NCBI GenBank assembly: GCA_028534125.1
Contig: CM052816.1
Coordinates: forward strand, 42,720,001 to 42,784,000
Direction of reading: 5' to 3'
From: Lama glama
Taxonomy: Eukaryota
Length of the DNA: 64,000 nucleotides
A model generated the notes under the pieces. That model was given only the letters and a program-made list of their open reading frames with translations, had not been told where the DNA came from and did no database searches. A program made the translations under genes and the position numbers. This document shows, in pieces, positions 12,481 to 26,600 of the stretch. Position 1 is the stretch's first letter; every line of letters begins with the position of its first letter.

Positions 12481-13882
12481 GGCTGGTTTTATAGATGTAG
12501 GGTAGTAAAAAGCTGATGTTAATAGAAATTGGAGTTCAGCATTAAAAATGCTGATGATCGAGAAATGGGCATGGCTCTAGAAAAAAGAAAACAGAAAGGG
12601 AAAGCAGGATATATATTCAAAGAATGGAGCTCAAATGGAGAAAACTGGAGCAGGCTTCTTGAAGCATCCAGATTGACTGAGGCGAAGTTTCTTTTGGTAA
12701 ATGGTCTTTAAGTACTTTAAGTGTGTATCTCTGAGGTGATATTGGTGGTTGGGAGTTGGACTTCCTTTCTAATGTTTAGTTATGGGCTCAGATGATGATG
12801 ACAAAAATAACCATCTGGATTTTCACACTTTGCAACTGATTCCAGGATGCTTAGACCAAGATTCAAACAGAAAAAAGAAAAAAAAAAAGAGGGAAAAGAA
12901 AGAAATGAGGACTTCTTAATCTGGGTTCAACATTTAAATTTACACATATGGCTTGGTAAGAAAATACACAGCATAGATAATAGACAAAAAGGAATTTGAG
13001 TAGCCTCTCCTCTGTGGTCACCTTTGTATTCCCAGAGCCACGAAGAACCACTGAACACGTGCCCTGGTGCCCAGATTTGGTTTCTAACACTATTATTTTT
13101 AAAAGTAATAGTGGTCTTCCTGGGAACAAGCTGATTCCATATTTTGTGGCAGGGAAAATAAAGGTGGAAACAGTTTGTTGTCAGAAGTAATATTTCTTTT
13201 AGTTATCTAGGAAAGTATCAAAGAGGAAAGCATTTTAAAAAGAAAACAATCTTTAAATTATAATAATTTAAGCATTAAAGGGAGACAAAGATGATTTTAA
13301 TTATGAACAGGTTGAGTCTGTTGGAAAAAGCCATGAATTCAAGAGGAGACTAAACTGAGCAAGATAACACAAAGTGCTCTAAAGCATTGTTTTAATGCAC
13401 ACTTGAATTTTAAAAAATATTATCTATAACAAATGCTGTATTTTCATCAATACAAATTCTATGAACTGTACAGGAGAGTTTTGATTAACAGATTATTAGT
13501 TACAAGTAGGCTTATTTTTCTACAGAGATAAAAATTTAGAAAAACAATTTTGTAAAAGAGGGGAAAGTTAAATGGATGAAACTTGTATATTGTTTAGGGA
13601 AATGGATCAAGACTCATTAATAGAAATATATGTGTAAAGTCAGTGAATCCAGGCCGACATATACAGATCACTAAGATTTGGAAAGAAATTCACAAAATAA
13701 GGAGAGGGAAAATGCAGATTGTTAATATTTTGCAACTGAAAAAACTAAGGGTCCCTGAAACACTGAATGACCACATAGACAAGGTTTCAGTAAAGTGGAA
13801 CTACACATATCCCCCTTCTGTTTGCTTTGGCAAGGTGGTTCTCACTTTATGATTATAAATTATAATGAGAGAAAACAGAGTA

Positions 13883-14212
13883 CAGTCAGTCCATGGTATC
13901 CAAGAATTCAAACAATCTTGGATGGAAAATATTTGGAAAATGTTCCAGAAAGTTCCAAAAAGCACAACTTCAGCTTGCCACCTGCAAGCAACTATTTACA
14001 TACATTTATACTGTATTTACAACTATTTACTCAGCATTCACATTATATTAGATATTATAAGTAATCTAGAGATGATTTAAAGTGTAAGGGAAGATGAGCA
14101 TAGGTTATATGCAAATACTGTGCCATTTTATATAAAAGACATAAGCATCCATGGATTTTGGTATCCTCAGGGGTCCTGGAACCAGTGCACCAAGGATGCT
14201 TAGCAGTGACTG
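13883..14212. mobile_element. Tigger3-type (TcMar) DNA transposon relic
   Basis: TA|CAGTC...GACTG|TA termini with TA target duplication; characteristic internal gtaatctagagatgatttaaag...ggttatatgcaaatac. Confidence 0.85.
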
Positions 14213-15589
14213 TAAATTGTAATTAGAAGTAAAACTAGTCTTATTCTAGGTGCTCCACCTTGAGGAGGAATTAGGAGAAAGAGTCAGTGCAGCAAAGCAT
14301 AAGATCATAAGAGAGAGTGAATCATTATATGAAGGAACTTTGGATACTGCAGACAATGTGGTTTCTCTCCGACGTGTGCTTGCAATCAGTATAGATAATA
14401 ATATCAAGTGATTGTTCCTGCCTGTTCTTTTTGCTTGTTCTACCTCTACCATATGACTACTTGTAAAGATTGCTTTGCTTCAAAGTGGCTTGGAGTTGTA
14501 GCAACTGTAGCCCACAACTTAGACTGCATTCTCTACTGTTAATATTGCTAGGAGGGTTGAGACCACAGGTGGGCTAATGGGACTTTTTCAGTAAAGTTAA
14601 CAGGTTAAACGACAGTAAGACCCCAGATGCCCCAGAAATATATCCTCATTGATAGGCTAGAATAGCTTTGGTTATCTCCAGTGACAAATGCTGAAAAGTA
14701 AGAGAAGTATTGAACTTTGATGACAAATACAGCAATAATAAAATTATGATTTCAGGATAAAAATTGAGGCATTTCTGGTGTATAGCAATATAGTATGTTA
14801 ACTTTTAAACAAATATATGATGTTCATTGTGGACTAAAAAATCCATTTAAAAGATGTTTTGCTTTTACATATTTGGACTCAATAAATAAATAAAAATTCA
14901 GAGTTGCTTATTTGTGTTAACCAATACTTTCCTCCAGGTTACATACAAAAAGCCAGAATAGCTTATAAAATTACTTAAATGAGTAATGAAAATCATACTT
15001 GTTTGTTGCCTGGAATGCAGCTTAACCACATTGTAAGTAATTCCCCTGTGGTTCACTTTCTGCTAGAACAGAGAAAGAACTACATGTCATGTGTTTTAGA
15101 AATGCCACATTTTTTTTCTTTTGGAGTGCTCATAAAAGTTTTGAATTTTTCAGAACTAAAAGTTTCATAAGCTTGTTGATTAGTATATAGGGTTTTTATT
15201 TTATTTTTATTTAAGCTGTACAATGCATTGTGCATGTATGCTATATTTTTAGCATTTAAAAATTTAAAGTAAATTGTACACTGTATATTATGTATATGTG
15301 CTATATTTTATCATTTAAAGAGCTCTTTAAAAATTAATGCAAAAATTAAATAAATCCAGAGAGAAAAATGAAAAATTTGTATCTTTTGGCATGTAACTTC
15401 ATTCTGAATATTTATCCTAAGGAAAAATAATCATGTATTCAAATAAAGGTTTAAGTACATGGGAGGGATCAGTGAATTGTATGGAGGGTAGGAGATAATT
15501 ATTGGACACTGAGTATCATGCACAGTGTACAATTATGTGGTACTTGTCTCTGCCTGCAGTAGATTTTAATAATGCACTGGAAACAAATG

Positions 15590-15893
15590 GGTGGTTGGAA
15601 GTGGGAATGGAGGATGTGGAGGGAGGGAGCAGTGTGAGCAAAACAGATGAAGGAGAGATTAAGAAGTACAAATTTCCAGTTATATAATAAGTAACAGGGA
15701 TGCAATTTACAGCATAAGGAATATGGCCAATAATATTATAATAATTTTGTATGGGGACAGATGGTTACCCAACTTCTCGTGGTACTCATTTCATACTGTT
15801 TGCAAATGTCAAATTACATAGTATACCTGAAACTAACATAATATTGTACATCATCAACTATATTTCAGTTTTAAAAATTTAATAAATAAATAA
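15590..15893 (+). mobile_element. L1 3' end fragment with A-rich tail
   Basis: L1M 3'UTR motifs (gtacaaatttccagttata...tatacctgaaactaa...atcaactatatttca) ending in AATAAATAAATAA. Confidence 0.75.
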
Positions 15894-15942
15894 TGCAGTG
15901 GAGAATCACACATCAGTCACTTTTCAAAGGCTTATTTTCCAG

Positions 15943-16170
15943 CAAAGAGAACCCATACAAAAAACATCCAAAATCAAAATGGCTGTCGCTTTAGCCAAGA
16001 TCAACCGAGGACCATTAATTCAAGGACTAAACAGCATATCCAGATCCTCCAGATCAGTTGCCAAACTCCTGCAGCCTCAGCTTGCTTGCAGACTTTTAGA
16101 GTTAAGGGACATAGCTCATCGTCTACTGAAGGAAGTTAATGCACCAAAGCAGCCCCTATATAACATGCAG
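15943..16170 (+). CDS. SPATA9: SPATA9 coding exon 3 ([23 protein letters not shown]...PKQPLYNMQ)
   Basis: TTTTCCAG acceptor, CAG|GTAAGT donor, 228 nt, phase 0. Contained in ORF 15898..16245. Confidence 0.96.
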
Positions 16171-18688
16171 GTAAGTGAATATTGCATTTGCACAGGGTAT
16201 GAACTATTTTTAGAAACTATTTTGAGTGCAAGATTTGAAAAATGAAAATGTAGTACATTTGGTTGTCCTAGATGTAAAATAAGAATAGTTGGATAAGGTA
16301 AATGAATAGTTAGGTCTTCTTTCAATATAGTGTATTTTCTGATTTAAATAAATATAAAGGAGGAAGTAATGCAGACTTTTTTCCTCCCTTGTTATTTGAT
16401 TGAACTATACGAAATTGTCAGTTTCATACTGTTCTACCTAAATGTAAGCATGCAGATTACCTCTTATATGAAACCTAAAAAGAATCCTACAACAAGCCTT
16501 AAAGATGATTGTTTTGTTGCATTTTCCCCATAACCTCATTAGGTTTCCAAGATAACCTTTGACATAACATATTGAGCGTATTTAGCTATAAATTCATTTT
16601 GACAGACCCGTCAGCATCCAGGTCTATTTCAAATTAAATGTTCTATGTTCCTTTATTGAGGCTTTAGTATATTTTGTTAAGGACAACAGCTCAAACTTTT
16701 TTCAGGACCAGTTTCTTGTCTTTTTTTTTCCCGCCTCAACTTTATGGCACAGAACTCAGTGTTTTTCAGTTTGGGCATTATTCATAGCATCCCTTTATTG
16801 AAAGAAGAGTTAAGCCAAAAAAGAGATGTATTGAACAATCCAGAGTTGATAAGGTTTTAGGCATAGCTGGGTATAGGTACTCAAATGATGCCTTCAGAAT
16901 TTTTCTCTTTTCTCTCCATCTCCTGGCTATGCTTTCTCTGTGTTGACTCCATTCTTAGACTTCTCAGGGTCACAAGATGGTTTGTAGCTGTTCCCAGGGC
17001 TACATCCTCCAAGTTTCAATTACAGCAGAAAAGAATGAGAGTTCTTACCCCATCATTCCTGGCTAAGTTCTGAGGTTCATCTGTAGAGAATGGCTTGCCT
17101 CTAAGTCAGGGAAATGGGATGCACTGACTGGCCTACGACTTGGTTACCTGCTTCAGTCCTACAGTAGGGTTTGGAGCTCCATTCAGATGACCTAACTTGA
17201 GAATGGGGAAAGGATGAATCATCAAATAAAAATCTGGGTTGTTTCGAGAAGATGGGAAAAGGGATGATGATAGGTGATCAAAATAAATAAAATATCCATT
17301 ACATAAGAATCTCTCTTTAACCAAAATTTTGACATTTCCCGAAATCATCAGATATATCAACTATGAATTGCCTCAGATAGCATTTATAAAAGATTCCTTT
17401 TAGTACCTTATGTTTGAGAAAGTAAAAAATAGTTTCTGTGTGTTAACCATTGGATTTCTAAGAACTATAAGTCTTATTCCTGATCTTTAGATCATCAGAA
17501 AGAAACAGCTGAACCATATTATTTTAAATTCCCACCAGAATATCTTTCTGAATCTAATGTTTTGCCTTACTGTTTCTTTCCTTATTAGACCCATAGGTTT
17601 TATAGAGTTGATATAAGAAGTGTCCTTTGAAGAATATTTCTGTATTTATTATAAAGTCATGTTTAAAGACAGTTTCCATTATTGTTATTCAGACTCTTTC
17701 TTTTCTCTCCTCTTTGCTAAGTTAGATTTATGAAGGAACTGAGATTTTAACACTATTTACAAGCTAACAAGTTAGTCTGCCACAGTTAAACAATACGTGT
17801 GCTCACACACTGACAGAAGAGACGAGCAACAGCAGCAGCCGGAGCAATTGTGTCAGTTTTCTGTGTCTCAGTTTCCATAAGACAGTGTGGTGACAGCCAG
17901 ATGTTGCATGTGCATGTTGTAAGTTGCATCACAGGAGAGGAACACTACAGTCAGGAGAGTCATCTTTTTATAGGGATGCTGGAGAATCTGCCCAGCCTCC
18001 GAGAGAGAACAAAACAGAGACAGAGAGAGAAGCAAATGTCTCTGGAGGGGAAAGTGAAGGCTTTATTTTTAGTGTCCTGCGACATGTCTCAGAAAGTACA
18101 TCTCTAGATCTCTCCACAGGAATGTACTTTCTCTAGCTTCCAAAACTGTTTGCTATTCAACCATGTCCTTTGCTTGGAAGGCCCAGTCTGTACAGAAATG
18201 AGAGATATCCATGGAGAATTGTCTCTCAATACTCATGAAAATTCAGTGGCAGAAAAATAATCTTTCTTTCTGGTAGGATCTATGTTTCCTTCTATCCAAT
18301 AATGAGAACTAAAAACAAAACGTTCTTGCCTTTTGCCTTGACTGACGGTGAGTTTCCACAGGTAAATTAGAGCTTAGTTGTGATAACATATTCCAGGAAC
18401 CTGAGATGAAAGAACCAGGTTGAGGGACTAAGTGATTTGTCCAAGGTCTACATGCTGACTGTGACCGTCTCTTTTGACATCAATTTAGAATCAACACCTA
18501 TGACATCTCTTCTCCTTTGCTCTTGTTCTAATTGTCTTAGAATTTAGCTTTAATTTTTAAAATTCTTATCAATAAAATATTTCAAAATATATTAAAGGTA
18601 GTTTTTCAGAAGTCCCACCCAAATTTAAACTGGTAGTAGTATTTTGCCACATCGTCTTCAGATATCTGTTTTATAAAAAGAAATATAT

Positions 18689-19112
18689 GTCATTCTAAGT
18701 GAAGTAAGACAGAAAGAGAAAGAAAAATACCATATGAGATTGCTCATATGTGGAATCTTAAAAAAAAAAGAACATAAATGCAAAACAGAAACAGACTCAT
18801 AGACATAGAATACAAACTTGTGGTTGCCAAGGCAGAGGGGTGGGAAGGGACAGACGGGGAGTTCAAAATTTGTAGATACTGACAAGCATATGCAGAATAG
18901 ATTAACAAGATTATGTTGTATAGCATATGCAGAATCGATAAACAAGATTATATTGTATAGCACAGGGAAATATATACAAGATCTTGTGGTAGCTCACAGC
19001 GAAAAAAAATGTGACAATGAATATATGTATGTTCATGTATAACTGAAAAATTGTGCTCTACATTGGAATTTGACACAACATTCTGAAATGACTGTAACTC
19101 AAAAAAAAAAAA
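18689..19112 (+). mobile_element. Relatively young 5'-truncated L1 (ORF2 end, 3'UTR, poly-A)
   Basis: attctaagtgaagtaag...aaataccatatg...tgtggaatct, then 3'UTR and A12 tail; AAGAAAT-like sequence on both flanks. Confidence 0.85.
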
Positions 19113-22100
19113 GAAATGTAATTAACCATGCTCCGATCTCTTCATTTTTTTTCTCTACCAGAAGGAATCATTATCCTGAAATTGATGTAAGCATTTCCAT
19201 GAATACTTTTATATTTCCACTGCATTTGTATGTATGTATGTTTAAAATTTATATGAATGATATTATACTCTACTTACTCTTCTGAAACTTCCTTTTCTCA
19301 CTCAATATTTTTGATATATATAGCTATGTTTCTTTGGTTTATTATTTTAACTTCTTTGGGTTATTCCTGTTATAAGAAAAAATAATCTACCATTTATCTA
19401 TTACTGGACAGATAGACCATTTAGTTTCCAAATTTTTTTGTATTACAAACAGTGCAGCATTGAACACTCTTGTAAATGAGTCCTTATCTAGATGTATGAG
19501 ACTTTCTCCAGGTATATATGTAAAAGAGGGAATGCTGGGTCATGAGGGATGAAACATTTTCAGTTTTATTAACTGTGGTCAAAATGTTTTTCAGAATGGG
19601 TACACATTCTTGGGAGTCCTTGTGATTCTTAAATCTGAGGATGATTTCTTGAATTATGGAAAACTCTTAGCTATTATTTCTTCAGATATTGCCTCCTTTT
19701 CATTTTCTTTCAATTTTTTTTCTTCTGGAATGCCTATTAAACGTACTTTGAATCTTCTCATTTTATGCTTTATGTCCATTTCCCTTCCTCATATTTTCCT
19801 TTTCTTTATGTCTTTTTGATATGTCTTAAATAATTTACTCTGATCTGTCTTCCAGTTAACCATTTCTCTCTAGCTGTATTTAATATGCTCTTTTACTTAT
19901 TAAATGTATTTTAAATTTCAAACATATTTATCATTTCTAGAAGTTCTTTTGGTGTTTTCTCCCAAATTTCCACTTTTTTCTTTTCAAAGTGTTCTTTCAT
20001 AGGTTTATTTATTTTTAAAAATCTCTTTAATTATTTTAATCATACTTATTTATGGTCTTTTTAAGACTATACTTTGAGATTTTGGAGGGATGCTAATCTT
20101 TCTGACTATTGTGATCTATATTGTATCTCCTCATCGTAGATCATTTCTTTTTTTTTTTTTAAATTGGAAGTTTTTCTTCAACAGGGATTTACAAAAAATA
20201 GAAATCCCTTCTGGCCTTGGTGGTAGAGCTGTCCCTCTAGAGGGTTTTGCTTGTGCTCTGTAGGTATTAGTCTCTGGTAGAGCCAGCTTCCTTACCTTCT
20301 TCCTAGACTGGTGGGTGGAGTTATTCTAGTCCTCATTCCCCTGAGACTGCAGCTCTTCAGAGGCCTGATCCTCACCTCATGTATCTTAAGTCTCATCTCC
20401 AGTCTCTTTGTTAAAACTCAAGCCCCAGCCCTTATTTCAGTGTCCAGTAACATCCCCAGAGTTCCTGGGACATAAGCTCATCTACTTACAAGCTGCTTGG
20501 CTTTTAGTTCTCTTTTTTGTCCCTAGCTCAGGGGGATTCCTCCCTCCCTTCTTCCCTTCCTTCTTTCTTTTCTTCCCTCCTTCTGTCCTTCTTTCCTTTG
20601 TTTCATTTTTGTAAAGTCAGTCTTGTATTAAATTTTTAGAGTTTGATTTTTGTATAGAATTTCTAGTGTTTTGTATATGAGAGGCTCCACACTAGCTCAG
20701 TCTGCCATGTTGCTGGAAGCAGATGTCCTTCAGCTTTACTTCTTAATATCTTGCAAATTCTAATATAAGGTGGTTAAATTTCTTTTGAAAGTAAGTGAGG
20801 TATAATTCTACATTTTCATTGGTCGATACTGAAAACCTGGTATGTAAAATCACGAGTTTATGTATTAGGGATTCATACATTCTCAGCACTGCTGTGTGGA
20901 CTAGAGAGATGATAGGCAAGTGAGCAGTGTCAGCAGAGTGTAGCAAGTGCGTGAACAAAGTGTGCAAAGGTACTGTGGAGGCATCAACCAGGGGCAGATA
21001 ATTCCTAAGGGTAGTCAGTGTAGGCTTCCTAAAAGATGATTCTGGATCTGAGACTTCAAGGAGGAGAAGTTAGCCAGGGGAAGAGGTAGGAGAATCATTT
21101 CAGGAAGAGAATAGTGTATAGCAAGATGCAGAGGCTAGAGGGAGCATTACTTATTTAGGAAATGTAAGTAGTTCCACATGGCTGAAGTGATACAAGAGGG
21201 AACAGTCCTGGGTCAAGCCTCTCTGAAGCCTTGAGGGTTAGGAATGAGGAAGAAGCTTTTTTTGGGTAATATGTATTAGCTCTGGTGGAGAATTAGAACT
21301 GCCACCAAGAGGAACCTAAATTGTAGCAAGGAAGAAAACAACATATCTCAAATCTTAACGTCTCAATAGAAGTATGAACAGTGAAGACCATGGCCTGGAG
21401 AATCGAAGGAACATCAGAGTAACGTAGGAGATGTGGTGGAGCTCAGTGGATTGGTCTGTGAATGGAATGTGTCTGTGGTCCCAGACTGTACTGAGAAGTA
21501 AGTGGCATAGCACAGAGTTTAGCTTACCCAGAGTGGATTCCAGCATGAATTCCTTCAAGAATTTTCAGGCTGCCTGTGCTAAGATGGAACTTTGCGGCAT
21601 GCAGAAGGAAAAGGATTGAAATCTAGAATTACTGTGTGAGGATATGATTTCTGGATGCATGGAGGACATCCCTTTATGTAGGAAAGTAAGCAGCCTGGTT
21701 AACCTATCTGAAGGCAGTTGTCAAAGATCCTCTTCATGTGCTCGGTCTCATCACTGAGAAGTCTGAGGGTAATGAATAACAGGAAGATGTGTTTGTACCT
21801 AGAGCACCTTAGACGGTTCTCCCCAAACTTTGCCGGATGTCATGTAGCTGGACATGCCAGTCAGGCAGGTTGTACTTCCCTCAAGAACTTGGAGTAGTGG
21901 GGCATTGTCATTAGGACACTGACTGTAACTAGATAGTGTTTCAGCTCTTTGATGTGGTCTGAGATGAAGCTTACAGTGATGGTCTCCTCTGGATACTTAG
22001 AGAGTGGACACTGTCACAGGAGCTCCCTTGACATTCTTCCTGGCCTTTTTGGTTGCATGCATGTCCCTCTTATTTTAGTATATTCAGTGATATTGTGCCA

Positions 22101-25100
22101 AATATGAACTACTCAAAACCCAACCAATACAAGTGACCTGAAAAGATTTCAATGGCTTATGACATGAGCAGAGAGAGTTGGCGTCAGGCCTGTTCAACTG
22201 GCCATCTTGTTAAAAGATTAGACTCCCTTTGCACCTGGCTCTGTGGGTGATAAGATTATAGTGATACAGCTGCTGGTTCTCTAAGGGGCCTGAGGAACAG
22301 AAAACTGAGGATTTCATCATGGTTTTCAGTATCCCCAGTATCAGTACTTACAGAATGCTGCATCTGCTTAGCCTTGTAAGCTGCCTGGCTGAGTAAAGCT
22401 TGCAGCTGCTCTAGGCTGCAGTGACCTAGATAATTAGCTTGACTGCTGACTTCAGCCAAGACACGCCAGCCCACAGACATGGTTGTTGACTTTGGCAGGC
22501 CAACACAGGGCTGCAGGACAGGAGCTCTTCCTGGGATGAAATCTTCCTTATTGTGGCATTAGAGGTGTCTCTTTCTACTTTGTGCAGACACCATAGAGTG
22601 GGCAGGGCAGAGATGGGCAAACTAAAGAAAACTCTTAGTTTCAAAAATGCCTGTGTCATGGTGGATCCCAAGTGAAGTTGTGCTCCCCTTTTCCAGGATG
22701 AAGGTCAGAGGCTTATCTAAGGGAAGTTTCTTCCTCACACCCAACCCTTCAAGGTAGACTCCAGTTTGGGGTTTAAACTACAAATCTCATAAATATCAGG
22801 AGCTTCTGTAGCTCCTCTTTGAGCCTGCCATGAGGTTATCTTGTGTAGTATAATTCAAGACCTGGGATAAAAGGGCAGTTCCTAGAAAGTAGAACCCCTG
22901 GAATCTTGAAGACATACCTTTCCAGATTGGCCAGGAGGTTGGGACATGCGAGCTTCTGTAGGACCACCTGACTGATTAAGAGCTCATTCGAGAGCAGTGT
23001 TCCATAGGTTGTTAATACTGCGATAAAGATAACTTTCTTTACTGTGGACTGCTAGGAGTCTTTCCTGTGTTCGTGAGTACTGCGGGTTGCTAAGCAAAGA
23101 TATGATTATACAGCTTTCCCAAACTAAGGAAATACTTTTTTCCTGGACCTATTAACAGTAGTCAGTGCTTCTTCCAACACACTTGTGAATCACTGAGTTA
23201 GAGTATCCCCTATTACTCCCGTGATATCCCACATCAAGATGATTTTGGACAACATGAACTAAGTTGGACCTGGTAATTCTCCACCCATCAGTTACCTGTG
23301 GATCTCTATTTTCTAAACTGCTTATAGTTTGCTTTTTTGTGTGTGATTTATCTTGTTAGTAGTGAAAATAAGATGAATATAGATACTTTTTTTTATGAGA
23401 CGAGGCAGTCAAAATTATGTGGGAGAAGTGGAAAACAAAATTGTGTAGGACAAGTTTAGTTAAAGATTGAAATGCTTTTATTGTTGGAATATCCATGTAT
23501 CTTATATATTAATATTACCAAATTGAAAAAAGAAATATATGGGTATACTATTGATACCAAGATACTTTTAACTTAAAAATGCAAATAAAATAAAATTTAT
23601 GTAACAACAAAGTTAAGATAAAACTTTTGAAATAGGCTAAGACATTCTAGGCAAAGTCCCCTGTTTACCAAATTTCTCCTGTTTATCTCAGTTTTTACCC
23701 TAACACTGTTCCTGCTCATAGCAAGCCAAAAAATGAGGCAGTGTGGTTTATAATATGAAAAACATGTATTGCAAGTGAGTCATAAAGTGGAAAAATGGCT
23801 ACTTGGTCAGTAGCCACATAAATTTTGGAGGAAATATATTTTCTACAGGAATGATTTATTACAGGAATAGCAAGTATTTATTAAAAGCATTAAAATGGTG
23901 AAAAAGTGACACTTAGGCAGTATACAGATTCATCACTCAGAAGTATAACACATATCAAATACAAATTTATTTTGAAACTAACCATTTTTAATTACTTTTA
24001 GGTAAAGGACAAAAATATGAAACAGATTCAGTGAAACAGAAACAGTAATTTCTCATTCATGCAGACACCACTTTTTTTTTTATTGTATATGGCCTACCAA
24101 TTATTGAGAGTGAACCTCCCGCTTACATTCATCTATTCACCAATTCATAAATCTTTTACTCTTCTAAGAAGCATTTTGTTGGAATGTATTTACTTTCCTT
24201 TGTAACATCTGCTCCCCAGTTGTATATTTGTTTCCTTAAAGCCTAACAGTGGGATTCAGAGGCATGCTATCATTTTGAGTCTTCCTGCAAGAGGGAAAGA
24301 GCAGCAGCCGCTTCGTTTCCTGGAAACTCTTTCCAGAAGCCAGGGAGTCTGGGGAATTTTCCAGACTGACTTAAGGAGACAGTGGACTAAATCTGCCCCC
24401 ACCTGTCCCTATGTCTACAAGTTAATATGGCCTGAAAGGTGGAGAATAAGAAGGGAAACTCTCCCTACTCCTCCTCAACCCACCATCTCTTAGCTACTAG
24501 TCTTCAGCATTCCATAAATCACTTAAGAGAGAAGAGGGGAGATTGTGATGGGCAGTTTTGTCCTTCATTCAGTAGTGACAGCAGTAAGCACAAGCTGAGT
24601 ATACTACAACAAGCACTTAGAACAGGACCTGGTACACAGTGCAATATAAATATCTGTTCAATAAAATATTATCACACGTTCTTCAGAAGCACTTTTTAAA
24701 AGGTTGTAATGTACCATTGGGTGGATATAGCATACTTTACCTAGCCATTCTGCTATCATTATTTCAGTTTGTCAGTATTAAAAAAAAAGAGATTTAATGA
24801 ACACATACATACTTTTCTTTCTAATTTGTGTGCGTTTTTACTGTGCATTTACATGGTTTTATTAGCTACAGCCTGTACCTTTTGGGAGTTATTGAAGCTT
24901 CTGAGTGGCGTGGTTCTTACTTCAGAGGAGCATGGCTAACTGCCACTTCACTGCTGACTGGGAAGGGAATGTTTTTCCTAATGTCCTCATTTCATATCCT
25001 TACAGCTCAAGGCAACAGAGGTAGTCTATAAGAGAGTATAACTCCCTTAACCTGAATATCTTATACTTTTCCCTTAAATGTAGGTATTATGTGTATTTAA

Positions 25101-25467
25101 TACTATCATGGTACCATTCCCCTAAACTGAATATATCATAATATTATGTCGAAGCAGGGACACCTTCTAGAAGCTAGAAACATCTAGGAGACAATTTTTT
25201 TTTTTTTTTTTTTTTGGTGTAAACCTTCTCTACACTTCAAACAGCACGCTGGACATGAGCACAGAGCATTTCCTGAAGCTTAATAATCATCTAAGTTTAA
25301 TGCTGGCCTTCAGCAGTCGCATGATTAACACTTCCAAGCAGGTCATTAATCTCTAGGAAATACTCAGTATTTTGATTGCTGTTTGCTTAATTGAAGAGGT
25401 GAGGTGAATAATTTAGTAAAGGACGACTACCTGAATTTGAACAAAAGGACTTTTTCTAACATGCACA

Positions 25468-25486
25468 GCAGCACCCCCTAGTGAGC
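25468..25486 (-). promoter_or_regulatory. Candidate CTCF site in SPATA9 intron 3
   Basis: Minus strand reads CTCACTAGGGGGTGCTG. Confidence 0.5.
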
Positions 25487-25747
25487 ACACTTGATAAATG
25501 TAAAAAAGTTAATGAAGATTTTGGAAATGTAAGTTTTTTTTTTAATAGGTTTGTCATAGGTTTTAATTAGCAAAACAAAGTATCTTTTTGTAAAGGAGAA
25601 AAATAGTATATTTTCAGAATGTGGAAAAATTCAGATCTAAAGTAGCTGACTTTACAAATATCTGAATTCTCATTTTATAATATAAAATTTAACATTGTAA
25701 CACTGAAAATTTTTTATTTTAATAAGGAAACTCTTTTGTTTTTTCAG

Positions 25748-25843
25748 GTCAGAAAGGATTCTTTGTTTGAAATCATTTCTTTCCCAGCAAAGACTGCTTT
25801 AACTAGCATAATGTATGCTTCATATGCAGCACTGATTTATTTG
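25748..25843 (+). CDS. SPATA9: SPATA9 coding exon 4 ([32 protein letters not shown]), start of hydrophobic/TM segment
   Basis: TTTTCAG acceptor, TTG|GTAAGT donor, 96 nt, phase 0. Confidence 0.96.
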
Positions 25844-25962
25844 GTAAGTTGAGAAAATTATTAGAATCTAGAAATAAGTACACTTACTTTATGCAATGTT
25901 AAAGATATACTATATAGTCCATTCATAAACTAAGGTACTAGCTTCTTTATTTTTTCTTAACT

Positions 25963-26427
25963 CTTTTTTTTTAAATTGAAGTATAGTCAGTGTACAATGT
26001 TGTGTGAATTTCTGGTGTACAGCATGTTTCAGTCATACATACACATACGTATATTCCTTTTTATATTCTTTTTCATTATAGGTTACTACAAGATATTGAA
26101 TATAGTTTCCTGTGCCATACTGTATAAACTTGTTGTTTATCTATTTTATATATAGTAGTTAGTATCTGCAAATTTCGAACTCCCAATTTATCCCTTCTGA
26201 CCCCCTTTGCCCTCTGGTTGGTAACCATGAATTTGTTCTCTATGTCTGTGAGTCTGTTTCTGTTTTGTGAATAAGTTCACTTGTGTCTTTTTTTTGTAGA
26301 TTCCACATAGAAATGATATCATATGGTATTTTTCTTTCTATTTCTGGCTTACTTCACTTAAAATGAAGATATTCAGTGTTGCCGCAAATGCATTATTTTA
26401 TTCTTTTTTATGGCTGAGTAGTACTCC

Positions 26428-26491
<64 letters not shown>

Positions 26492-26600
26492 ACCGCAACT
26501 TCTTTATCCATCCATCTGTTGATAAGACATTTAGGTTGCTTCCATGTCTTGGCTATTGTAAATAGTGCTGCTATGAACATTGTACATGTATCTTTTTGGT
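25963..26600 (-). mobile_element. L1 3' end, antisense, 120 bp after SPATA9 exon 4
   Basis: Poly-T head, attgaagtatagtcag, and ORF2-end motifs (ccatgtcttggctattgtaaatagtgctgctatgaacat). Confidence 0.85.
26431..26488. repeat. (GT)29 microsatellite inside L1
   Basis: Perfect dinucleotide run. Confidence 0.97.

Noticed and set aside
21850..22010. Minus-strand peptide ...MPHYSKFLREV, reminiscent of a gypsy gag-pol motif
   Set aside because: Short match in a stop-bounded frame with no supporting motifs; needs tBLASTn/Dfam, likely chance.
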